A stretch of 64,000 bases of DNA from an uncultured Verrucomicrobiae bacterium (GCA_963702845.1 OY969763.1:4416001-4480000); one strand, 5' to 3'; positions 1 to 11,124 are shown, counted from the stretch's first letter. The notes: generated by a model from the sequence alone, not told the origin. Translations and numbers: made by a program.

Positions 1-67
1 TGCAACTTGTCGCTCCATCCTGCATTTTGTTGCATTTTTGGTGCAGATTAGTTGCAGTTTTTACGCA

Positions 68-80
68 TTTTCAAAGAACA
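68..80 (-). promoter_or_regulatory. boxA-like antitermination element
   Basis: Minus strand TGTTCTTTGAAAA about 60 nt downstream of the promoter; resembles rrn boxA TGCTCTTTAACA. Confidence 0.5.
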
Positions 81-143
81 TCTCGGAGAAAGTTGCACTA
101 TTTTGGCGATCCCCGATGCTGGCATGCACCGGCGGCTAAGGGA

Positions 144-172
144 ATTATAGTTGTGAAGCAACGTTGTGTCAA
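144..172 (-). promoter_or_regulatory. Consensus sigma70 promoter, transcribing leftwards
   Basis: Minus strand reads TTGACA (172-167), 17 nt, TATAAT (149-144), a perfect consensus. Confidence 0.85.
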
Positions 173-290
173 TCGCTTGTAGTATTTGCGGTTGGTTTCG
201 GGCTTCCGACGCACACACATCTGTCGGCTGTGGTTATTCTACGGCCATTTGTCGTGCGAAGTTACTGCGGACGTGGACGATCCGCACCCC

Positions 291-335
291 AAAAAAATGC
301 GCCCCGGTTTTCACCGGGGCGCAAATGGTTTTTTT
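291..335. terminator. Intrinsic terminator, possibly bidirectional, after the HYR-like gene
   Basis: Stem TGCGCCCCGG / CCGGGGCGCA (298-323) with A7 on the left and a T-run on the right. Confidence 0.8.
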
Positions 336-349
336 AGCCTAAGGCTAAG

Positions 350-2405
350 TTAGTTAATATCTCCACCTTGATTGATGCCATCAAAGATGTTGTTCAAGGC
401 ATTCGCAACACGCCGATGACCACGGGCACTTGGCTTGCGCCGCCGCCAACAGTTGCGCGACGGTGTAGTTGGTGTTGTTGGTCAGGCCGAGCGCCGTTCC
501 ATTGGAACCAACGTTAAAGGTCTTGGTGCCAGTGCCGCCAGGGCTGACGTTGAAACCATAAGGACCGGCCTTCGTGCCGCCAGACAGCGTCGTGCTGGTG
601 ACATAATCAGCCAGCGCGCCAGCCATTACCTGGGCAATGGTCTTCGGGCTAGTCCCGTTGAAGTAAGTAACGAACTGCGCAGCGACTGTTTTATTGTTCT
701 TGCCTAGGAGATTACCAAACAAGCACGGATAATTCGTCGCCAAATAGTTGCCGAGACCCGGCGAGGGCATTGCACAGATTAGCGCCTGACCGTTCTTATT
801 CTGCCAGAAACCGATCGTCGCGGTATCACCATGGCCGAGCGGGCAGTTCGCGTTCGGGCGGACAATGACCTTGAAGTATTTAGTGGTGTGGTTGCCACAA
901 CTGTCAGTCGCCGTTGCCGTGACAGTGTTCGTGCCAACGCAGAATTGGCTGCCGGACACTGGCGAGTAGGTGATTGTCACGCTGCCGCAATCATCCGTCG
1001 CGGACGCCGAGAACGTCACAGCCGTGCAAGTCGCGTTGCAAACATAGTTGGTGACGTCTTGCACTGTCAGACTCGGCGGTGTCGAATTGACCGTCCAGGT
1101 GATGTGTTGGACGCAGGTCGACTGATTGGTGCAACCATCAGTCGCCACATAGGTGATCGTGCGGGTGCGGCCGCAGCCACTGGAGCTGTCCACATACGAG
1201 TTGGTGACCGTCACGCTGCCGCAATCATCATACGCCGAAATCAAGCTGTTGGTGCCCGTCGGGATGCTGGTCGGATTGCAACCGAGGTATCGATCGTTTG
1301 CGCACTTCGTGATCGTCGGACCGGTCGTGTTGACGATCCAAGTGATGTGTTGGACGCAGGTCGATTTGTTGTTACATGAATCAGTGGCGGTATAGGTAAT
1401 GGTGCGCATGTGGCCGCAGCCGTCGGCAGAATCAACCGAGCCACAGGTAATCACCACACGGCCGCAATCATCGGTCGCAGATGCTTTGGTCAAGTCACAA
1501 TCAGGAATGTTCGTCGGATTGCAGCCGAGGTCCGTGTCGCCGGGGCAGAGGGTGAACAAAGGTGGGGTAGTATCCGCAGTCCAATAAATATGCTGCGTGC
1601 AGCTGGTGCTCAGGCCGCAATTGTCGGTCACAGTATAAACCAGGTCGCGTTCATGAACGCAGCCGGTCACGATATCAGGACCAGCAACGCCGCAAGTGAT
1701 GTTCGAAACACCGCACGACGCAGTGACTGCGATGGAATTCGTATCGCAGGAAGGGATGCTCTTGGGATTGCAGTCCAGATTGATGTCGCCGGCGCACTGG
1801 ATCGTGGGCGGCTGAAACTGCGGTGGTGTCAGGGTTAATTGTGAGTCGAAACTTGTCGTGCCAGCTCCATTGTGATGGATCTTGCCGGAAACGGTCATCG
1901 AATAAGGCGCCGTGATGCTGAACGTGCCGTTTGAGCTGCCGCTATAATTGTTTGATAATCCGGGGAAATCAGCAAGCATCCCGTTCGTCCCAAACGGCGT
2001 ATTGGCTGGATCCAGGAAGTATTGAAACTCCACTGTGCCCTCGCTGTTTCCACCGACCTCTGCATCCCACGTGCCGGATGTAGCAGTAAACCCGGTTTCG
2101 GTATACTCAAGCGTCAGGTCACCAGCACTTGCGGATTGACTCAAGGTGAACAAGTCCATGTATGGCTCGCCAGCAGTGGCACCTGCGGCAGGCTTGGTGA
2201 CACCGACCGTAACATCGAGAAACCAATTGGGTCCGACGGGGCCGTTGTAGACAACAGCGCCGGGATCAGTAGATTGGTCGTTGGCGTCACCGTCAGTGAC
2301 TGTGATTGTGGTGGTACCGTCCGACAACCGAAGCTGGGGAGTCGCAAACGTAGAACACGTAAGCGCCAGTAGAGTTGTCAACGCGAGGATTTGTGGATGT
2401 TTCAT
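350..2405 (-). CDS. Secreted Cys-rich HYR-like repeat surface protein; one-base frameshift near 410
   Basis: Signal peptide MKHPQILALTTLLAL; repeated C..D..LGCNPT.IP and ATDDCG..T.TY.ATD units; C-terminal TATIGFWQNKNGQ domain. The natural ending VANALNNIFDGINQGGDIN* lies in another frame with its stop at 350-352. Confidence 0.75.
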
Positions 2406-2885
2406 ATAATAGTAGCGAGAGAGCGCAGGAGAACCCAATAGGGCCGATTGCGATGCTTCGTTAAACCGAGATGCTGTCTTTTTTTCGCCCTGTACCTGCT
2501 CAACGCCGCTCAGCTGATTTTGCCAAGTTGCTAAAAGTACGAATGGCCGTGCGAGCCTTAGCAGCTTCCATACCCAACTGATTTCTCGCCGCCCGATATA
2601 ATTGCAATCTATTTACAATAAACAGGTTGCCGCTTAAGCAAACAAATAGGGTGCGCTTGACAGCTCTCGAAGTGTGTTAATGTTTCCGACAAGATTCTGG
2701 ATTACCGACAATTCAGGCATTCCCTCAGTCAAATGCGGAGCTTGGTCCGAACGCTGGTGGAAAACTTACTTGATGCCCTTTCAAGAGAAGTGATGAAAAA
2801 AGTGCTGCATCGTGTGACCCGCTATTATTTTGACTGATTCAATTTCGTTGCCGGTGTCCGGTGACTCTGTTATCCATAGCGCGGT

Positions 2886-3551
2886 ATGAAATGGATGATT
2901 CCCCTCGCGCGGAACGCGGCAGTTTCCGGTTATGCAATTTTAACGTTTCTGCTGGTCACAGGCTGTCAGACAACCAACAGCAACTCGGCGGGAAGCACCG
3001 ACGGTGATAAGCTTCAAGAACTCCTCCGTGTGCAGTCAGGTGAAGTCCACACTAACACTTTTACGATTCGCGAAGGCGACGTTGTTCGTATCATCTTTCC
3101 CGGCGCTCCCAATTTAAGTACCGCCCAACTGGTTCGTCGCGATGGAAAAATTGAAATGCCTTTATTGGGGGAATTACAGGCGGCTAATTTCACCCCCTTT
3201 CAACTCGAACAAGATATCCTCAAACGTTACGGTAACCAGCTCTTGTCCAAGGAAGTCACCGTCACGGTTGATTCAGCCGCTTACGATGTGTTCGTCACTG
3301 GCGCCGTCATCAAACCCGGCAAAGTCTCCGCTGTTCGTCCGATTACCGCGCTGGAGGCAGTCATGGAATGCGGCGGCCCGGACTACGTGAGAGCCAACCT
3401 GAAGGCTGTTACCGTCGTCCGCCAGGAAAACGGTCGTTCGAAAAATTATCTGTTGAACCTGCGCGATATTTTAGACGGTAAACGCACGGAAACATTTTAC
3501 CTGAAGCCTTCCGACATCATCTACATCCGCGAGAGGTTCAACTGGTTCTAA
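2886..3551 (+). CDS. Polysaccharide biosynthesis/export lipoprotein (Wza-like; Poly_export + SLBB)
   Basis: Lipobox-like VTGC; IREGDVVRI..VRRDGKIEMPLLGE; VFVTGAVIKPG; LKPSDIIYI. Confidence 0.85.
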   Translation: MKWMIPLARNAAVSGYAILTFLLVTGCQTTNSNSAGSTDGDKLQELLRVQSGEVHTNTFTIREGDVVRIIFPGAPNLSTAQLVRRDGKIEMPLLGELQAANFTPFQLEQDILKRYGNQLLSKEVTVTVDSAAYDVFVTGAVIKPGKVSAVRPITALEAVMECGGPDYVRANLKAVTVVRQENGRSKNYLLNLRDILDGKRTETFYLKPSDIIYIRERFNWF

Positions 3552-3557
3552 GCAGCC

Positions 3558-4802
3558 TCAGGCCGCCTGCTGTCGTGCGCGCATCTGATTAGCGCGACGT
3601 TCCGCATACAGCCGGCAAACTTCATCGAACACTTGGTCCACCGAAATCTGCTGCATACAAACATTGTTGCGGCAGGTCGATTGCCGGTTGTTGTAAGCAT
3701 TGACGCACGGGCTGCACGAAAGCCCAGCCCACAACGCAACATTTCGTGGCGTTTGCGCACCGAATAAATGGGGCGTTTCCGGCCCGAATAGCGTCACCAC
3801 ATTGATGCTGGTGAGCGACGCGAAATGAGCCGGTCCACTATCGTTCGTCACCAAAATCTCGCACAAGGTATACAGCACCATCAACTGGCGCAGCGATGTT
3901 TTGCCTGCAAACACAACGCAGCGCGGCGATCCAATCTCGCGGACCAATGCCGAAATCGGCTCAGCTTCGTTCGGCGCGCCTGTGAAACCAATCTGCACTT
4001 CGGGAAATCGCTCCAACAATCGTCGCGCCAATTCCAGATAACGTTGGCGTGGCCATTGTCGCAGCGGCAATAGATCGCTCGCGTTCGGGTTCAGCAAAAT
4101 TACCGGCTTCTCAACCGTGCTCTGCGGAATCATTGCTTTAACAGACGCAATTTCCTCCGGTCGCACCGTAAAGGGCGGGAAACAATTCTCCGACGGTGGC
4201 GGTTTGAACCCGAGCGTTGGTAACTGCGTCGGATCAACTTTCAAACTCTCAACCAAGACCTGAAACATCGAGGTCGTATGCAGGTGCGGATTATAGAGCA
4301 ACCGATGCGTCATCAAATCGCCCCGATAAGGACCGGCCCCGTAGCGAGAATGAAAACCCACACGCGATTTCGCGCCGCTCAGGAGCGTGATCGCAGCCGA
4401 GCCGCGCGCGAAAAATTCCATATCAATGGCCGCATCCAGCTTGAGATTCCACATCCGCCGCATCGCTGCCAACGTGCTGCTGGTCAATGTCGCCATCGAC
4501 TTGGCCGAAATTGTAATGACGTTTTCCCGAGGAATCACTTCGAGTAAGTCGAGAATGAACCGGTTTTCATCAAAGCAGATGTAATAAACATTTTCTTTTC
4601 CAACCATCTGCACCGCGCGTTGCAACGCCGGATACGCGAGCACCGTTGAACCTTGTTCCGCAAGCTTAACGAAAAGAATGGAACGAACCGTCGCCGGCCC
4701 CGGCGCAGGGGCGCGCGTGAGCAACTTGCGAACGAACGTCAGCGCAAAGCACAGCGGCACGCCGAACCAGCGGTCGATCTTTTGCAGTGTTGGGACGTTC
4801 AT
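3558..4802 (-). CDS. Glycosyltransferase family 9 (heptosyltransferase-like)
   Basis: LVTNDSGPAHFA, VVTLFGP, LSCSPC..C..CMQQI motifs of GT9. Confidence 0.9.
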   Translation of the reverse strand: MNVPTLQKIDRWFGVPLCFALTFVRKLLTRAPAPGPATVRSILFVKLAEQGSTVLAYPALQRAVQMVGKENVYYICFDENRFILDLLEVIPRENVITISAKSMATLTSSTLAAMRRMWNLKLDAAIDMEFFARGSAAITLLSGAKSRVGFHSRYGAGPYRGDLMTHRLLYNPHLHTTSMFQVLVESLKVDPTQLPTLGFKPPPSENCFPPFTVRPEEIASVKAMIPQSTVEKPVILLNPNASDLLPLRQWPRQRYLELARRLLERFPEVQIGFTGAPNEAEPISALVREIGSPRCVVFAGKTSLRQLMVLYTLCEILVTNDSGPAHFASLTSINVVTLFGPETPHLFGAQTPRNVALWAGLSCSPCVNAYNNRQSTCRNNVCMQQISVDQVFDEVCRLYAERRANQMRARQQAA

Positions 4803-4938
4803 TGTGCTTCAGGACAAATTACAAAATCAGCGGCACCGAATCCACGTTAATTCACGTGGATTCTTTCGCTGCCAGTTGCCGGTTGTCAGTTGTTGCGCGT
4901 TCTGTTACTCAACTACAAGCGTCAATCGCTGATCAGTC

Positions 4939-5553
4939 ATGCCTGCCAACGCTCCAAAAACAAACCTGCATCGCGGCGCTTTTTCGCTGATCGAGCTGAT
5001 GCTCGTTGTGCTCATCATCAGCATCCTGACCATCCTATCACTGGGAAAACTCAACGGCACGAGCCGCGATAAAATCAAAGCTCAATGCCAGAAAAACCTG
5101 CAGACGATGTATCTATCGTTGAGCATCTACGCCAACGACAACAAAGGCGCTTTTCCAGTCGTCAAAGCCGCCACGAGTTCTGAACAACCACTCAGCATTC
5201 TTGTGCCGAAGTACACCACAGTGACCGAAATGTTTATCTGCCCGGGAAGTTCTGATCGCGCCTTGCCCGAGGGCGAATCCTTTGCGCGACGCCGTGTCAG
5301 CTACGCCTATTATATGGGCATCACCACCAACGACGGTCCCGACACCGTGATCGTCTCAGACCGCCAGGTGGACACATTGCCCAAGCGCATGGGCCAGCAG
5401 CTCTTCTCGAGGGACGGCAAGAAACCCGCCGATAACCATGGCAAATATGGTGGTAATTACATTACGCTCAACGGCGAAAGCGCGAGTTCCGGGCCGACGG
5501 CGAAACGCGATTTCCTGTTCGATACCAACATCGTTTTATTAAATCCGCGATAA
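4939..5553 (+). CDS. Prepilin-type N-terminal cleavage/methylation protein (PVC pseudopilin-like)
   Basis: GAFSLIELMLVVLII; CQKNLQTM; FICPG; C-terminal NHGKYGGNYITLNG (H-X9-DG-like). Confidence 0.85.
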   Translation: MPANAPKTNLHRGAFSLIELMLVVLIISILTILSLGKLNGTSRDKIKAQCQKNLQTMYLSLSIYANDNKGAFPVVKAATSSEQPLSILVPKYTTVTEMFICPGSSDRALPEGESFARRRVSYAYYMGITTNDGPDTVIVSDRQVDTLPKRMGQQLFSRDGKKPADNHGKYGGNYITLNGESASSGPTAKRDFLFDTNIVLLNPR

Positions 5554-5554
5554 A

Positions 5555-7957
5555 ATGCTGATCAAACTCAATTGCCAATGCGGCACGCGCTTCTCGTTTG
5601 ACGTGGAGCCCGTCAACGGTCGAATGCCGATCAAAGTCGCATGTCCGAGTTGCGGTGCCGATGGAACTGAAGCAGCCAATGAACTGATCGCCAAAGTCGC
5701 GCCCGCCGAGCCAACCGCTGCCCCAAAACCGCAGTTCGCCATTCTTTTGGAACCCGCCGCATCAACTGGCGCCACGGCACCGTCGTCTCTCGTTCCCGAG
5801 CCTCCCAAGGCCTCGAAGCCCAAGCTGCGCGTCAGTGGCGGCACCCATGCCGCCCCGCCAGTGGCATCTGCGGCAGCAACTGCACCGGCGCCAGCGGGTG
5901 AAATGTGCAATCGTCACTTCGACAAACCGGCATCCGCCCATTGCACCGTCTGCAAAAAGCCAATCTGTCCGGAGTGCATGTCGGTGTTTGGTTATCTCTG
6001 CTCGGTCAATTGTCGTTACCAGGCCGAGCAACAGGGCATCCGAGTGCCCGTTTACAAATTCCAGAAGCGCAGCGTTGAAGCGCGCCAGTTTCGCAAAGGC
6101 GCGCTCATCACCGTCAGTGTCATCGTCGTGATCTTCGGTTTGATTGCCGCCTGGTATTGGTACGATTTCACGGGCTCGAAGCCGAAGCTGAATTACACCT
6201 TGAAACTTGGCAGTGACCGGCAGGTGCACTCACAATTCCTCGCCGAAAACCAGCTCCTAATCGTTTCATCCGACCGCGCCTACCTGCACGACTTCAAATC
6301 GGACAAGGACGTTTGGTCAACCGACCTCAAAGATGCGCCGCGACCCAAGCCCCAAGCCAACGTCAGTCAGGACGACACGTCCGCATCGGTTAACGCTGGC
6401 CAGGCAAAAACAGCCACTCAACTCGCGCGCAATGTCAGCGGCGCGCTGGGTGGCCGATACGCGTCCGCCACTGCAACCAAAACCACAGCAGCAAAACCCG
6501 CTGCAAAAGTTACAAAAGCGGCGGCAGCAACCTCGGATGACAGCGAACCGGCCGCCAACAGTGATGAAGATTCGAGCTTCGGGTTTAATAGCTATTCCGA
6601 TTACGGTCGCCCCCACGTTTTCGTCGACACGGAGAACATCTGGGTTTGTTTCAATACCCGCCTCAAATGCCTCGACCGCAAAACCGGTGAGGTGAAAAAG
6701 ACGATCCCTATTGATGGTCGACTCGTCCAGTTTACTCCGACCGACGCAAACATACTTTTGGTCACTGCTCCCAGCGCCACACATCGATTGTTGACGCGGA
6801 TCGAAATACCTTCAGGAAATCTCACGACGAACGAAGTCATTGTCCCGCGTCCAACCACGAAACGCCTCAAGGGCGAGTTGCCGGTCAGCGTGGCCCCCAC
6901 TGCGAACGTCTTGCTCCATCAGGAATTGCAGGACCGCGAAAATTATCGACCGCAGGTGATTCAAACGAGCAGCGAGTTTTTTGCGTCCGGCGATAATCTC
7001 GTCGAATTGCGTGTCCGCCTAGTCACGCCCAAAAGCACCGCCGTCGACACAATGAAGAAGAAGGGACCGACAATTATCAACGGCCAACTCAGCGCCTCCA
7101 CCAGTACCAAAGCTGTTGCCGAAGAAATTTTCAATGACCTGAAGCGCAGCAACACCGGCGGCTTCAAGACCGTGGATGAAAGCACTTACCTCGTCACCTT
7201 GCGCCGCTACTCTGGCAAAGATCAAAGTGACTTCACGAACAACGTCATTGGCGTGCCGCTCTTTTTCGCGTTCAAAACCGTTGATGTCATCGTCGCCAAC
7301 AAACATCTCATTGGGTTCGACAAGCAAAACAAAAAGCTTTTCGAAGCGACTCTCAGCTACGGTTTGTCCGATGCGTATCTTGAGCACGACACCCACACCG
7401 CTGCGCCCGCCGTGGAAATGGACAATGTGTTGTATTTTTACGATCAAGGCTTGCTCACCGCATTCGAATTGCCGACCGGCAACGTTCGTTGGCGTTTGCC
7501 GAGCGCTGGCATCTCGTCTGTGCAAGCCGATGCCAAAGGCATGCTCTACATCAACACCAGTTCCGCCGCACCTGAAGACATCCAGTATTCAGACCAGATC
7601 AAAATGGACAAGGTCGACGCCATCCTCCTGAAGGTCGACCCGAAGAGCGGCAAAACGATTTGGAAGTCTGTGAATCACGGCCAGCAATGCTTCTTCGACG
7701 GCAAGTATCTCTTCACCACGAGTTCGTTTATCGGCGGCCTCGGGCTCGGCAATGCGTTGCGCGATGCTTTGGACATGGCCACCAGTGGTCCGTCCTATTT
7801 TCATATATACCGACTGGATCCGGATAACGGCGAGTTGATCTGGGATTACGGCAAAAACAAAGACGGCACACCCTCCGAGATCGATTTCCAAAAGAACAAA
7901 ATCGCACTCAATTACGGTGACGAAGTTCGGGTTCTAAAGTTCCTGCAACTTTTTTAA
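5555..7957 (+). CDS. Membrane-anchored PQQ-like beta-propeller protein with N-terminal Zn-ribbon and B-box-like domains
   Basis: CQCG..CPSCG; CNRH..CTVCKKPICPEC; one TM segment; LDPDNGELIWD and VDPKSGKTIWK blade motifs. Confidence 0.7.
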   Translation: MLIKLNCQCGTRFSFDVEPVNGRMPIKVACPSCGADGTEAANELIAKVAPAEPTAAPKPQFAILLEPAASTGATAPSSLVPEPPKASKPKLRVSGGTHAAPPVASAAATAPAPAGEMCNRHFDKPASAHCTVCKKPICPECMSVFGYLCSVNCRYQAEQQGIRVPVYKFQKRSVEARQFRKGALITVSVIVVIFGLIAAWYWYDFTGSKPKLNYTLKLGSDRQVHSQFLAENQLLIVSSDRAYLHDFKSDKDVWSTDLKDAPRPKPQANVSQDDTSASVNAGQAKTATQLARNVSGALGGRYASATATKTTAAKPAAKVTKAAAATSDDSEPAANSDEDSSFGFNSYSDYGRPHVFVDTENIWVCFNTRLKCLDRKTGEVKKTIPIDGRLVQFTPTDANILLVTAPSATHRLLTRIEIPSGNLTTNEVIVPRPTTKRLKGELPVSVAPTANVLLHQELQDRENYRPQVIQTSSEFFASGDNLVELRVRLVTPKSTAVDTMKKKGPTIINGQLSASTSTKAVAEEIFNDLKRSNTGGFKTVDESTYLVTLRRYSGKDQSDFTNNVIGVPLFFAFKTVDVIVANKHLIGFDKQNKKLFEATLSYGLSDAYLEHDTHTAAPAVEMDNVLYFYDQGLLTAFELPTGNVRWRLPSAGISSVQADAKGMLYINTSSAAPEDIQYSDQIKMDKVDAILLKVDPKSGKTIWKSVNHGQQCFFDGKYLFTTSSFIGGLGLGNALRDALDMATSGPSYFHIYRLDPDNGELIWDYGKNKDGTPSEIDFQKNKIALNYGDEVRVLKFLQLF

Positions 7958-8236
7958 CCACCCTGAAGTCCGTCGATCCCCTCGGCGTCTTTCGCGCTCG
8001 TCAGACAGGCTCGCGTCCGCAACGAAACTATTTTCATGTTTCGAAACATTTCGCGTGACAGCTCGCCATGTGAAGGTTTAAAAACGACGAAACCCAACCT
8101 AAATGCGCGCGCACGCATTTCCACGCAGTGGGTCACAAAAGCTAAGCGCAATTCTTTTGCCCTGCTCCTTTCTCTCAGCCCCTCTGTCACAAACATCAAC
8201 CATAAAACCAAAGTCTGCGTCCCTCCAGGTAATCAT

Positions 8237-9835
8237 ATGAAACAAACCACTCGTCATCCGCTTGCCCGCATATTCACAACGATAGCTATCGCATTGTTGG
8301 CCATTGTTGGATCAGCTCGCGCCGTCATCGGCACCGCGTATCAAATGCAACTCGGTAATCCGAACGGCGCCATTGCAGATCCAAACAATCACGACCACTA
8401 CCTCGTTCAGCGAACTGTCGAGGCATTTGATTACAGCGATAACCTGGGCGAACCCACCTGGGTGAGCTGGGATTTGACCGCCGCAGACGTCGGCTCCTCG
8501 GGAAGATCCACCACATTTTATACCGACACGAATCTACCTTCCGGCTTCTACGAGGTCAAAGATGCCGACTATACACATTCGGGCTACGACCGCGGCCACA
8601 TGTGCCCGTCGGATGATCGAACCGACACCACCAACGACAACAGAATGGTGTTCTTTATGTCGAACATCTTACCCCAAACCGATGACTTGAACACCGGCCC
8701 GTGGGAAGCATTGGAATCGTTGTGCCGTTCTTTCACCACGTCGAATTATGAAGTGCTCATCATCAGCGGGCCCTCTCATTTCGGCGGATCTAAAATTAAC
8801 ACCAACGGCCCGGTCTATATTCCGGATTACACTTGGAAAATCGCCCTCCCGGTTGCTCCCGGCTCGGGCAGCGTAATCAGCCGAATCACCGCCAGCCAAC
8901 GCGTGATCGCCGTCAAGATGCCAAATATAGTCGGCATTCACGCAATCAAGTGGACCAATTACCTCACCACCATTAACCAAATCCAATCCGACACCGGTTA
9001 CACCTTCCTCACCGCTCTAAGCCCGGCGATTGCCGATGTTCTTCGTGCTAAAATCGACGGCGCCCTTGCCCCGACCTTCCCCAGCTTTTCCCCGAGCAGT
9101 GGCAGTGTCGGCATAGGCGTGACACTCACCGGAACGCATCTCACCGGCACCACAATGGTTAAGTTCAACGGAACAGCCGCGTCGTTTACCGTAAACTCCG
9201 ACACATCGATCAGCGCCACCGTTCCGAGCGGCGCGACCTCCGGAACGATTGCGGTCTACGCACCCGGTGGCTCGGTGACCAGTTCTTCGAGCTTCACCGT
9301 CACGGGTTCCGGCGGCGCGATTGTCGTGATCAGCCAGGTCTACGGCGGTGGCGGCAACAGCGGCGCGACTTATAAAAACGACTTCATCGAGCTCTACAAC
9401 CGGGGCACGGGCAGCGCGGATTTGAGCACCTACGCCGTCCAATACGCTAGCGCCGCTGGTAGCACCTGGTCAGAGACTACACTCAGCGGCACCCTGGCTG
9501 CCGGTCATTATTATTTGATTCAAGAAGCCGCCGGCACCGGTGGAACATTGAACCTGCCCACGCCCGAAGCGATAGGAACCATCTCGATGGCGGCCACCGC
9601 AGGCAAAGCCGCTCTGACAAAAACCACCACTCTCCTGACAGCCGATAATCCGACCGGCAACGGCAACGTCGTCGATTTCATTGGTTACGGCACGGCCGAT
9701 TGTTGGGAAGGTTCCGGCGCTGCACCCGCGCCATCCAACACCACGTCGGACCTGCGCGCTGGAAACGGTGCGACCGACACGGATAACAACGCCTCCGACT
9801 TCGCCACCGGTTCGCCCAATCCGCGAAACAATTAA
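8237..9835 (+). CDS. Secreted DNA/RNA non-specific endonuclease (NucA-type) with IPT/TIG and lamin-tail domains
   Basis: YDRGHMCPS active site; NILPQ..LN.GPW; TIG (VTLTGTHLTGTT.VKFNG); LTD (VVISQVYGGGG..DFIELYN). Start placed at ATG 8237. Confidence 0.9.
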   Translation: MKQTTRHPLARIFTTIAIALLAIVGSARAVIGTAYQMQLGNPNGAIADPNNHDHYLVQRTVEAFDYSDNLGEPTWVSWDLTAADVGSSGRSTTFYTDTNLPSGFYEVKDADYTHSGYDRGHMCPSDDRTDTTNDNRMVFFMSNILPQTDDLNTGPWEALESLCRSFTTSNYEVLIISGPSHFGGSKINTNGPVYIPDYTWKIALPVAPGSGSVISRITASQRVIAVKMPNIVGIHAIKWTNYLTTINQIQSDTGYTFLTALSPAIADVLRAKIDGALAPTFPSFSPSSGSVGIGVTLTGTHLTGTTMVKFNGTAASFTVNSDTSISATVPSGATSGTIAVYAPGGSVTSSSSFTVTGSGGAIVVISQVYGGGGNSGATYKNDFIELYNRGTGSADLSTYAVQYASAAGSTWSETTLSGTLAAGHYYLIQEAAGTGGTLNLPTPEAIGTISMAATAGKAALTKTTTLLTADNPTGNGNVVDFIGYGTADCWEGSGAAPAPSNTTSDLRAGNGATDTDNNASDFATGSPNPRNN

Positions 9836-9855
9836 ATAATTTAGTGGGGATTACA

Positions 9856-9901
9856 AAATCGCCGACCGCGATGCCTTGTTGCATTCCGCGGTCGGCGATT
9901 T
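9856..9901 (+). terminator. Long hairpin, probable terminator
   Basis: 15-bp stem AAATCGCCGACCGCG / CGCGGTCGGCGATTT. Confidence 0.65.
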
Positions 9902-9914
9902 ATTCTCGGACCGC

Positions 9915-11009
9915 ATGAAAACAGCTCCCTTGGCCTTGATTATATCTCTCTTCTCTTTTGCTGCGCTAGCGAACACCGAAATCCCGCTCTGGCCGAATGG
10001 CGCTCCGGGCGCGCTTGGCACAGAACCAAAAGATATCCCGACTCTGACCGTCTATTTACCAACCATGCCGACGGCAGGCTCGACCGCAGCGATGGTCATC
10101 TGTCCCGGTGGCGGTTACGGCGGCCTCGCTCCACACGAAGGCAATGACTACGCGCTGTGGCTCAATGAACAGGGCATCGCCGCGTTCGTTTTGAAATATC
10201 GTTTGGGCAGCGCTGGCTACCGTCATCCTTCAATGTTGCAAGACGCCGCGCGCGCCATCCGCACCGTCCGCGCGCGTGCCAGCGAATGGAACATCGACAC
10301 CAATCGCGTTGGCATCATCGGCTCTTCGGCCGGCGGTCACCTCGCTTCGACGCTGCTCACCCATTTTAACTCCGCCGAAAACAAACCAGCCGATTCCAGC
10401 GATCCAATCGATGCGATCAGTTGCCGTCCCGACCTCGGCGTTGTGTGTTATCCAGTCATCACGATGGACGGCCCTTCCGTACACTCTGGTTCGCGCAAAA
10501 ATCTTTTAGGCGAAAATCCATCACCCGAACTCGTCCACGAACTTTCCAATCAATTTCAGGTTACCAAAGACACACCGCCCACATTCATTTGGCACACCGC
10601 CGAAGATAAAGGCGTTTTGGTGCAGAACAGTTTGATGTTCGCCGAAGCTCTTGCGAAAGCGGGCGTGCCGTTCGAACTCCACGTCTTTGAAAAAGGACCG
10701 CATGGACTCGGCCTGGGCACGCGAAATTACGATCCAACGCATTGGCATCGTTGGACCGGCGATTGCAATGCCTGGCTGATCGAGCACGGTTTCACTCATT
10801 TCCGAATAGAAGGAGGCATGCGTTCCATCGTGGCAAGGCCACCTGTGAGATCGATTCAAGACAAACTTCGCGAGATTCCGACCCGCGAAATTCGGTCGCT
10901 CGACGATGTAAATACTCGACCAGTGGCCCCTCGGCCCGCAGTAGCACCTCCAGCACGTCCAAGACTGCCCGCGCCGGAACCGATCGTAGTGCCACAAGGC
11001 GCACCATAA
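9915..11009 (+). CDS. Alpha/beta hydrolase (acetyl-xylan esterase/BD-FAE-like) with Pro-rich tail
   Basis: ICPGGGY, GSSAGG nucleophile elbow, HTAED, GPHGLG. Confidence 0.85.
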   Translation: MKTAPLALIISLFSFAALANTEIPLWPNGAPGALGTEPKDIPTLTVYLPTMPTAGSTAAMVICPGGGYGGLAPHEGNDYALWLNEQGIAAFVLKYRLGSAGYRHPSMLQDAARAIRTVRARASEWNIDTNRVGIIGSSAGGHLASTLLTHFNSAENKPADSSDPIDAISCRPDLGVVCYPVITMDGPSVHSGSRKNLLGENPSPELVHELSNQFQVTKDTPPTFIWHTAEDKGVLVQNSLMFAEALAKAGVPFELHVFEKGPHGLGLGTRNYDPTHWHRWTGDCNAWLIEHGFTHFRIEGGMRSIVARPPVRSIQDKLREIPTREIRSLDDVNTRPVAPRPAVAPPARPRLPAPEPIVVPQGAP

Positions 11010-11124
11010 ACCACGCGTTGCCAGCGGCGCTAAATCAATTTGCCGGTAGGCCGTCGCTGCCGCACATCGGTTCGAAAATCAGACTTACTGTCGTCCTATT
11101 TCTCTTGCTGTCTTGGTGGTTCGA

